Below, in pieces: positions 54,845 to 64,000 of a stretch of 64,000 nt of DNA (position 1 is its first letter; each line of letters opens with the position of its first letter). The stretch is taken from contig JAQGDQ010000454.1 in NCBI GenBank assembly GCA_030141605.1, positions 124,001-188,000 of the forward strand, written 5' to 3'. Position numbers and translations under genes: made by a program. The stretch is from Tubiluchus corallicola. Lineage: Eukaryota; Animalia; Priapulida. Below the pieces are notes generated by a model, which saw nothing but the letters and a program-made list of their open reading frames with translations, was not told where the DNA came from and ran no database searches.

Positions 54845-55451
54845 AGGAAGACAGGACGATCTTTCATATACTAAACCATTATCAAGTTCGGTAAAAAGTT
54901 TACATTTTAACACAATTAATATTGCAAAAGTGTTTCTGATAATTAAATAATAAGTTCAAATCTTAATTAATGCGGGCGAGCCCAACTATTGATAACGCCA
55001 CGAACTAACATAATTTTCAACAGTAAAAATATTCCACGAGCATGTTGCACGTGTTTGCGAAAGCAAAAATTCAAGTACAGTACTACTGTAAAATATTCAG
55101 TGTGTTGTACTAAAACTAGGCAAGTTTTAAGATAAAAATTAAAAATTTCAAATTTACCGCTGTACTCACGTATGAGCTGTCGAACATGTGTAGTTCGTCA
55201 GAAACTAACATATGTGCACTGAGAGGTACAGCATCTGTTTTTTGTGAAACGCGTTTCTGGAATGCAGGCGCTAGTGTTCGTCTAACTAGTAAATGGCGAA
55301 ATGCATGTAACAGCGAAGAACTAGTGGCGCGAACGTGAAATTGTGTTTGTGTGGTAATAATTGTTTTTTTGAAAAAACAATTTGTTTCCGTTCAAAAATT
55401 TAAATAGTAGATTGTTTTGTCCTACACTTTAAGATTAGACTCAGTTTTGCT
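54845..55451. mobile_element. TTAA-flanked non-autonomous DNA transposon family A (Kolobok/piggyBac-like); copies at ~75-775, 3555-4159, 16806-17447; partial at 43480-43670, 53500-53720, 63755-64000
   Basis: TTAA|AGG...GCT|TTAA termini and a shared ~600-bp internal sequence. Confidence 0.75.
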
Positions 55452-55702
55452 TTAAACATCTTGTGATCTCGGGGCATCTTAATGAAGTTTGGCAACGCAC
55501 TCTGAGTAGCCTAACTGTCATTAAGACAAATAAGACGAAAAAAATAAGATGAATGAGATTTCTACTAAAGGTGTAATAAAGCGGATTACGCAATTGTTGA
55601 AGGAAAGGTCTAACAGCTATGAATAAATTAGAAAACAAAAGTTAAGGTTTTTACTTTTTACATTTTGTAAAATGAAGATAAATTTACATAACAGAATTAA
55701 AA

Positions 55703-56357
55703 TGTGTACTTGCAAACCAAAACCATCCATAAGTCGGCTTAGTTAAAACTACGTTATGATGCTTCATAGAAGAATGCACCAAAAATTTGATAAAATGTCA
55801 AATTTTTGTTTTCTATAAAAACAAATTCTAAAAATATTGGACTTTCATATTCTAGCATCAAATTATCAAGAAAATGTTCAAAAAATACTGAAAATATAAT
55901 TTTATAACCCCGTGCTCACTTCTCTGGCTGGAAACCAGTACTGCAATTGTAAAAAATCTTGCATTTTCAAACACAAATTGTAGCTCGTAGAAGCAGATAT
56001 TTTGCTTCGGGGTTTTCTTTCTGAAGTCTAGATCTTCATCAGGAAGAGCCATCTATTGGACTTAAACATAACTTCAACATAACTACGTCCGTAGCAAAGA
56101 ACATTTGTGTGGTTGCTAAGTGTTTTGCGGAACCACGACAAAAAACAATGGCTAATTTTAACAGTGATTTTCTCAAGGTTGTTTTTCAGTGCATAGCCTG
56201 CACCTCAACTTCATCGTGGATTATCTCAGCTTAGAAATAACATAGAGCGATGAACTTGGTATCAAAATTATTCCCGTGAAATGGAGATTCAGGATATTTG
56301 AATATCTGGAAAAGATTAATTGCCGAGTTATGGACGATTTTGCTCTGCAAGCACACA
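55703..56357. mobile_element. MITE family D (~35-bp TIR TGTGCTTGCA...CGTCCATAAGTCGGC); copies at ~8560-9023, 14320-14641, 23490-23920, 31484-32130, 36023-36690
   Basis: Repeated inverted termini and shared internal sequence. Confidence 0.8.
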
Positions 56358-57735
56358 GATATAACGGGTAACAAAAATTAAACTAAAGTAAACATGCATA
56401 TACTTAAAATCAATCTAAAACCTTATTCATTAAACACAGTAATCAATAATATTAATCGAAGATTTTCCCTCTCCAACTAATCCACCAATTCCTCCTTGTT
56501 GTGAATGTTTCATTGTCAAATGGCTTAAATTCATAAGATATCTTCATGTAGCCTACATTAGTTCCGGAAATTGTGCTTATTTTATCTAAAACCGGTATGT
56601 GTGATCAGATAGCGCTTCAAGTGACTCGAACTAGTAAATGACTCGCTGATTTGATTAATTGCGCATCCCCGAAAGAGCTAAGAGATGCTTCACGGCTGCA
56701 TCGTGGTCAGAAAAATCGCCGCTGTTGTCGCATTGTTTAACAGTGTCATTGTTTTCCACAGATAACGGCCCATATTCGGCTGTGAATTAGTAACATTTAG
56801 ACCAAGCCTAGTCCTTGTACAATTGCCAGCATCAGTAATTATTGATTTTCTACTAATAAAGTTACCAAAATAAGATCTTTTTTCGGAATTGTGATTTGTA
56901 TCAGCGCCCTCTTGACTCTGATTCAACTTTTACGACCTGCATCTACCTCAGTCTGAGAGTGAATGTTGGGACCTTGTTTTTCTGACACTTATCCGCTGGT
57001 TCCGGTACTTTTGTGTTGTCCGTTTCGCTCCTGCGATATGGTGCTTCAACCAACAAATAATAACATAAAAATGCATTTGTGAAAATAAAACAAAGTAATA
57101 ACAAATGCCAACGTACTCCTTTCAAATACAGTCATAGTTGCACAGTAACGGCTCTGATTTTACTAATGGACGCTAATTTGCATTAATCTTAGAACCTATT
57201 ACAAGCTCCGCAAAGTAAGAAGTATAGTTAACTACTTTAGTTTAACTGGAAGTCAGCCACTGTAATTAACTGATGCATTAAATTGTCAAAACAATGTAAA
57301 AGAACGTTATACTCGGAGATGTGTCGTTTTCTGATAATTAAAGTCAAACTAAATACTTACGATAATACAAGCTTCTACAACTTAAAATCCTACTCACGTT
57401 ACGGATATTCTCCTTACTGTAAAGCTTGTTTCTTTTGATTTTTTAACACTTCGTTGTTGGTGGTATTTGCATTGCGCGAGACGGAATGACGTTATGAGGA
57501 CAGCCACGGGGTCACTAATGATTGGTAAACAAACGTTGTTAATGTTGCGTTTTGTTTCTCTCGGAAGGCTCGTGGAGAAAACAAGAAAACACGTTGTCAA
57601 ATTAAACAGGTTTATTGTGTGAGAATTCCTCAACAAAAAGTATGAAGGAACGCAAAATATGTACAGTCAAGTGATAGGAAAATAGCATACGATAATCTGA
57701 GAATACGAGAATAAACTTGAGCGGTCAGCTCCGCC

Positions 57736-57880
57736 TTATATATCAATACAAATGGACGACACCAGAACAATCTAGAAACTACTACGCGCATCGCGTATAG
57801 AAAGTTCTAGAATCTACGATTGCTTCTACAAGGTAAACAGATTGGTTCTACTATACAATAGAACATTCTACAATTTCTGT
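57736..57880 (-). promoter_or_regulatory. Heat-shock-element cluster with TATA box facing leftward
   Basis: Perfect 3-unit HSE aGAAagTTCtaGAAt (57799-57813). Further nGAAnnTTCn-like arrays at 57764-57778 and 57860-57869. TATATAA on - at 57742-57736; CCAAT on - at 57845-57841. Confidence 0.6.
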
Positions 57881-57960
57881 TCAGTTCTAATGGATCTCCA
57901 AAATATAAGCTAATACAGTAGACGTCGTGTATTAGACTCACGGTAATGTAGAATCAATCG

Positions 57961-59274
57961 TATCACCTTTCTTAATTGAAATGCCTAATGCTTCCGTTAA
58001 TCTTGATCGTATAGTGTAAGGTGACTTAAATCTATATATCGCATAGATTGAATTTAATATGTCCGCTTAATTTCTAATTGCTATAAGGTGAATCCTTCAC
58101 CTGACTCCGAGAGCTTCAGATATCAGTCTAGTAAGCAATGATCGTCTTATCTAAACTTCACCTTGACCTTCGCGTTGTGAGAAAGATGTATTTCTCTCAA
58201 GTTTCCTAGCGACGCTCCCGCAATATGAGCGCTAGTTAAATCAAAGCGAACTAATCAGATTCGTATATCGGAAATAGTGTTGCTTGAGTTAAACACTCTG
58301 ATAACATACATTAACTCAATCGTTAAATGTCAAAGAGAATTGCTTTATTGATTTACAATAATTACTGCTTCTAGATAGCTTACAAGATTTAGTCCTTATG
58401 CGCTTTTGACGCGTACAACTAGTTTATAGCTTTCCAAAAGTATCTTTCTGAACAATTCTTCAATTCCTATCACCTAAGGTGTACACTTTACACTTCTCCT
58501 ATCTATAGTACAATGTGAACTTATGCGAACTACCAATATGCACAGTTAATTCTCAGTTTACCAATATGTCAAGATTACTTAACTCTGCGGATTGACCCAA
58601 TGTACCCCGTACAATTTGGTCAACTCCGATAGTTTATATAAGACTTCTCGTTGCCCAGTGCCTAGATTATCCTAGGAACGCAGAAAGATGTCTACGCTGA
58701 ACTTCTCAAGTTGTCTCGTCTGTCAAATAGCCCTCCTTGTGTGATTTGCCGCACACACTGCACGTGTCTCCTCCAATACGATCGGGTGGAACGAGCGCTG
58801 GGTTATTCGAACCCGGGGCTTATATTTCATTGAAGTAACCTTGCAACAACCTTGCACGATTGCAACGTCGCATGCAACATTAAGAACGTCGCACGAAACA
58901 TTAAAATTTATGGGACAGTTCGGAGGACATAGTCATCATACGCCCGTAAAACTTATCCGTCCTCTTTCTTCAAGAAACAGTGACCTCGCAGAGTTTTCGT
59001 TAATTACTAGTAACTTGTGCATATTGCTCATTATAAATGGTACATCCGTCTCAACCTAATATTAGCTAATTATCCTGAGCACCTTAGAGTGTCCTTACGT
59101 AAACGATAAGTTTACTTCTTACAACCTACGCTTTTTACAGTTCATTAAATTCGAGCTTTAACAGCTGAGTGAGTTCCTATTGCACCATCTGTAAATTTAT
59201 TCATGCAATCAGGGAGGCAGGCGACTTCATACCAAAATATCGAAAATCATCGATTTATAAATTTATTCACCACA
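57961..59274 (-). repeat. 3' LTR (1314 bp)
   Basis: 5'-TGTGGTG...GGTGATA-3' on -. TATATAA near 58640 and AATAAA near 58349, in U3-R-U5 order. Confidence 0.95.
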
Positions 59275-59275
59275 A

Positions 59276-59287
59276 CTTTCCTCCCCT
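59276..59287 (-). other. Polypurine tract
   Basis: AGGGGAGGAAAG on - immediately before the TG of the 3' LTR. Confidence 0.9.
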
Positions 59288-59741
59288 AACACTCACCTCA
59301 GATGTAGCACGCATTTAATGATTCGATCTAAGATCTTATCTTTTGGAAGCTCCTTAATTAGGTACATTAGCAATATTACATGTTACATCTTAATATATTA
59401 TGGGACGTTCCATCTTGGAGGTCATGGTGGCGGGATACCATTGTCCATCGGGTATCTTTGACTTGCTAGACCGGGGTTGTGATTCCATTGATCTCTTGAG
59501 ATTCTTCCTCAGATACACCCCTTATTGTCTTTCCCGACTTCATCTTCTTCCCGCCTTCCATCTCCAACGGTCCCATCATTCTGTAACATAAAATACATTC
59601 TGCAGTATCATAAGTTCATCATGTACGATTATTTACATAGATCCCTTTAAACCTAATTGGGTGGTTCCTCTACCATCATCCAATATTACCAGCCTGTTAT
59701 GTATATACTAACTACAATTTTAGTATTATGTCCATCCTCAA

Positions 59742-60083
59742 TTATATTTCTGTGACCCGTTCGATCCTTATCGGGTTAGTTTTTCGGGCAGCGGGTTGAG
59801 GTATTTCCCTCAACTCCAGCTCCTCAGGGTCCTCAACATGCCGTCTAGCCCTTTTAACCTTAACCCTGGGTTCCTGTTCTTCAGGAGTCCCAGAGGGCAT
59901 GTGTCTTGTCACCTTAACAGGTTGTTCGTCGTCAGTCGGGGTTTTGGTATACTTATTACCTATTCTAGGCATCAAAGAATTTAAAACCAAAAGGCCACTT
60001 CTCCTTTTCCAATAGCAGAATACTCCTACTATCAGGAGTACGGCCACTATAACCCCTATTAAGACCCATTTCCTAAAACCCAT
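59742..60083 (-). CDS. LTR-element ORF2: small single-pass membrane protein (113 aa from ATG; frame open to 60182)
   Basis: MGFRKW, then TM VLIGVIVAVLLIVGVFCYW, then KRR, then a cytoplasmic tail with basic patch RVKVKRARR. Lies in the env position upstream of the PPT. Confidence 0.65.
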   Translation of the reverse strand: MGFRKWVLIGVIVAVLLIVGVFCYWKRRSGLLVLNSLMPRIGNKYTKTPTDDEQPVKVTRHMPSGTPEEQEPRVKVKRARRHVEDPEELELREIPQPAARKTNPIRIERVTEI

Positions 60084-61009
60084 TAGCCAATCTGTGGCTC
60101 CCGTCTCGCCCACGCTTTTGGTCCTTTGGGCTCCCCTGTATGGGACGCACCCGGGCTGGACCCCTTTCCACACAGTGCATCTCTACGTGCCACTGTTCTC
60201 TGCTTCTCGACCTAACCTTTTCAGCTTCAGTCGATCACAGAGACTTAGCTCGCCTGGTTACAATTCGGCTTGCTAAGGCCTGACTGTACATTGAGCAATC
60301 TCACTTTACCTCCAATCAGTGAGACTACCGGCCGGTGACCCAGTCGATAGCGATCACGAAGATGACTTGCTTGCAGTTCACTAGCATAGCAAACCATCCC
60401 CATCCCTTATAGGGACCAAAGGGCTCACGCCCAGAGGCAACCGACGGTCTGATCCATAGGAAACCTTGCTATCCCTCTATGAACTTTGACCGTTTTCACC
60501 AGCCTAGCCTGTTCACTAGAGAAGTGCTATAAAAGAAGCAAAATTCACACTTCACCTAGCTAGGTGAGGACTGTCATCCTCGTACCACGTATGTACCACT
60601 TATTCCACAACTGCAGGCTTACATTAGCTGACTCTGTGGCAGTACCAGAACTTTTTCTGCCTGAGCTACCAGCTTCCTAATTGACCTTTCATTTGTCAAC
60701 ATTTACTTACAATGCACCCTGTGCATGTCGTGGCATATTCCTCGCCATCTTAATTCATCATACTCATCTCGGCATTCCATTGCCCTAATTACTATCATTA
60801 CCTCGGCATCCCAGTGCCGGAACCTAACTCTTTACCTCGGCATCCCCGTGCCGGAATCTAACTCTTTACAATAGTTTGCTGCAGTTGTGAACAGTACGAC
60901 ACATACGCCGACTAGAAGGTACCACAGTAGGACGTTAATTCGCCCTTCCTCAGCAGAAAGTTATCAAACTGCCTAGGATCCTTGCGGACCCACTGCCTCC
61001 CGTTACGCA

Positions 61010-61600
61010 CTAACACTTGAGGTGCCCATCCCTCTTGTTAATGTGTTTTGTCACTTCTGCACACAGCTGTTCTACGAACGTCACAAATTGAGACCAATTC
61101 ATGGTAGACCAAACCTCACGGTTAGCGTCCAGGTAAAGGGCGCAAGCACCGTCAACAGTCATATAGGCCAATCTCACACACACGCCACCAGCATTCTGAG
61201 AATCGGGCGAAATACAGAACCCCTTAAACGTAATGCTTTGGACCCAAGTGCGGAACTTTTCACTGCACTCTATTTCTTGACCTGTAAATTTAGGCAAATC
61301 TGCCAAGGCGCTACATAAGGCCCACTGGTCAGTAAAGGTCCCTATTTGAGATGAGAGATAGCTAGCCCTTTCTACTAGAGTGGGTACCGCCCCACTTGTT
61401 TGAGCAGCTGTTTGCTCATCTAATTTACTCTCATCTTTAGCGCTTTCCGCGCTCTGTTCACTATCCCGTATCCTTCGCAGAACTACTGCATGTAAGGCCT
61501 GTACCTCCGGACTCTGCCCGTCTAACCAACCGATCGGGAGACTTCCGGTTCTGATCCAGCTCTCAAGTTGAGCTTCTGTTATTTCTTGAGGGTCAGACAT
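61010..61600 (-). CDS. LTR-element ORF1: truncated Gag/capsid-like protein (196 aa from ATG)
   Basis: First ORF after the PBS. LPKFTG...FRTWV and VDGACALYL...NWSQFVTF resemble the retrotransposon capsid N-terminal domain. No CCHC knuckle. Confidence 0.65.
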   Translation of the reverse strand: MSDPQEITEAQLESWIRTGSLPIGWLDGQSPEVQALHAVVLRRIRDSEQSAESAKDESKLDEQTAAQTSGAVPTLVERASYLSSQIGTFTDQWALCSALADLPKFTGQEIECSEKFRTWVQSITFKGFCISPDSQNAGGVCVRLAYMTVDGACALYLDANREVWSTMNWSQFVTFVEQLCAEVTKHINKRDGHLKC

Positions 61601-61945
61601 AATTTTTCGCAACTAGGCGCAATCAACAAAATTATCTTCAATACAATAACACGGCTGTTAACACCTTCAGGCAGTACAAAAACCACTTACCAATTAATGT
61701 GGGGATCTCCGCTTCGTTCTGGTGCAGCCTTCCGATCCGTTACCAGGGCGGTAATTACTTTCCAATTTCTTGAATGTCCGCAAGGCTTGCTTAATTACTC
61801 TCCGATGCGTCTCGTTTAGTCGCGTTTCCTGAGAATAACGTACTTATCGTATATAACAAGTTCACAATGTTTACAAAATTCCGAACCTTAATTACAAAGT
61901 TACAAAAGATTGCAAATACTAAATAGCAAAACACTAAATCCGCGA

Positions 61946-61956
61946 TCACGGCACCA
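61946..61956 (-). other. Primer-binding site, tRNA-His type
   Basis: TGGTGCCGTGA on -, 2 nt after the 5' LTR; complementary to the 3' end (TCACGGCACCA) of tRNA-His. Confidence 0.85.
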
Positions 61957-61958
61957 GT

Positions 61959-63272
61959 TATCACCTTTCTTAATTGAAATGCCTAATGCTTCCGTTAATC
62001 TTGATCGTATAGTGTAAGGTGACTTAAATCTATATATCGCATAGATTGAATTTAATATGTCCGTTTAATTTCTAATTGCTATAAGGTGAATCCTTCACCT
62101 GACTCCGAGAGCTTCAGATATCAGTCTAGTAAGCAATGATCGTCTTATCTAAACTTCACCTTGACCTTCGCGTTGTGAGAAAGGTCTATTTCTCTCAAGT
62201 TTCCTAGCGACGCTCCCGCAATATGAGCGCTAGTTAAATCAAAGCGAACTAATCAGATTCGTATATCGGAAATAGTGTTGCTTGAGTTAAACACTCTGAT
62301 AACATACATTAACTCAATCGTTAAATGTCAAAGAGAATTGCTTTATTGATTTACAATAATTACTGCTTCTAGATAGCTTACAAGATTTAGTCCTTATGCG
62401 CTTTTGACGCGTACAACTAGTTTATAGCTTTCCAAAAGTATCTCTCTGAACAATTCTTCAATTCCTATCACCTAAGGTGTACACTTTACACTTCTCCTAT
62501 CTATAGTACAATGTGAACTTATGCGAACTACCAATATGCACAGTTAATTCTCAGTTTACCAATATGTCAAGATTACTTAACTCTGCGGATTGACCCAATG
62601 TACCCCGTACAATTTGGTCAACTCCGATAGTTGATATAAGACTTCTCGTTGCTCAGTGCCTAGATTATCCTAGGAACGCAGAAAGATGTCTATGCTGAAC
62701 TTCTCAAGTTGTCTCGTCTGTCAAATAGCCCTCCTTGTGTAATTTGCCGCACACACTGCACGTGTCTCCTCCAATACGATCGGGTGGAACGAGCGCTGGG
62801 TTATTCGAACCCGGGGCTTATATTTCATTGAAGTAACCTTGCAACAACCTTGCACGATTGCAACGTCGCATGCAACATTAAGAACGTCGCACGAAACATT
62901 AAAATTTATGGGACAGTTCGGAGGACATAGTCATCATACGCCCGTAAAACTTATCTGTCCTCTTTCTTCAAGAAACAGTGACCTCGCAGAGTTTTCGTTA
63001 ATTACTAGTAACTTGTGCATATTGCTCATTATAAACGGTACATCCGTCTCAACCTAATATTAGCTAATTATCCTGAGCATCTTAGAGTGTCCTTACGTAA
63101 ACGATAAGTTTACTTCTTACAACCTACGCTTTTTACAGTTCATTAAATTCGAGCTTTAACAGCTGAGTGAGTTCCTATTGCACCATCTGTAAATTTATTC
63201 ATGCAATCAGGGAGGCAGGCGACTTCATACCAAAATATCGAAAATCATCAATTTATAAATTTATTCACCACA
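61959..63272 (-). repeat. 5' LTR (1314 bp)
   Basis: About 12 substitutions and no indels versus the 3' LTR, by manual comparison. Confidence 0.95.
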
Positions 63273-64000
63273 ATCGCCTAGTTGTCTCAGAAACGTCTAG
63301 TACGGGCAACTCCTACGCAGGTGTATATAAAAATTATCAGCAATTGACTCAACTAATTCCCCATACTTTCGATTCTATACGTAGAGATACACGTGGTTAC
63401 ACTGATGTAATGATGTAACCAAAGTGACGGCTCACCAACTAGCGGTCAGCTCGTGAAATAACGGATTGTGCCCATATCATGCGGGACTTTTTAGCGGTTC
63501 ACATTCTGTCCGATATAAGTAAAAACGAGGTCCGACAAACCGAGATATTGTTACACAAATTTATGCCGCTCCGCTAATTACAATTATTAGCATTCTGTGG
63601 CGTCTAACAACAATTAAATAAACACACCAGCATTCTAATTAAAATTTAAACAAATCACAATAAAACCCAGTGAATTTAAACCAGATCCTCTACACAACAC
63701 GAATTTATTTCGAAAAGGCTAAAATGAACAAGCAAATCTTGAGTTTTGTTAATTCAAGCAAAACCGGACACAATGTTAAATAGTAGGTCAAAACAATCCA
63801 CTCTTTAAAATATTAAAAGGAAACATACTATTTTTACAAAAATGACTTACATGAAAGAATTATTACTATACAAACACAATTTCACGCTTGCGCCACTAGT
63901 TCTTCGCTGTTACCTGCATTTCGCCATTTGCTAGTTAGACAGTCACTAGCGGCTGCATTTCACAAAAAACAGGTGCTGTACCTCTCAGTTGAGATGTGTT

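Larger units (their letters stand above)
57961..63272 (-). mobile_element. Non-autonomous LTR retroelement (Ty3/gypsy-like structure), 5312 bp
   Basis: Direct repeats 57961-59274 and 61959-63272. ATCG TSD at 57957-57960 and 63273-63276. PBS and PPT on -. Gag-like ORF; no recognisable protease/RT/integrase. Confidence 0.95.

Noticed and set aside
56690-57125. Type II membrane-protein gene
   Set aside because: No in-frame ATG, interrupted by a stop and a frameshift, no recognisable domain; not called as CDS.
58841-59059. Near-identical 72-aa ORF at 58841 and 62839
   Set aside because: Lies within the LTRs, antisense to the element, with a non-ATG start; the duplication is explained by the LTRs.
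60183-60577. Possible decayed signal peptide plus Ig ectodomain extending ORF2 to ~279 codons
   Set aside because: Requires about 6 stops and a frameshift in ~135 codons, close to random expectation. Kept only as a weak alternative.

Overview
This is AT-rich, repeat-dense animal (invertebrate-like) genomic DNA with GT-AG introns; it is not prokaryotic. It contains five main things. (1) The 3' 13 coding exons of a multi-PDZ GRIP (glutamate receptor-interacting protein) gene on + (4304-23430). (2) Two paralogous 4-exon genes on - (about 28897-35812 and 49775-54574), from a local duplication. Both encode secreted short-collagen proteins (signal peptide, Cys, 18 Gly-X-Y triplets, Q/P/Y/H-rich tail), but only the first carries a ~225-aa Asp/Glu/Gly repeat domain. 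(3) An intronless class A GPCR between them. (4) A 5'-truncated LINE with an intact RT ORF, an old RT relic, Penelope-type hammerhead relics, many MITE families and tandem repeats. (5) A young 5.3-kb LTR element on - (57961-63272) with 1314-bp LTRs about 99% identical, a 4-bp TSD, a tRNA-His PBS and a PPT. It has no pol but keeps a truncated Gag-like ORF and a small single-pass membrane-protein ORF in the env position. It inserted just upstream of a heat-shock-element promoter. All calls come from reading the sequence by eye; no database searches were run.
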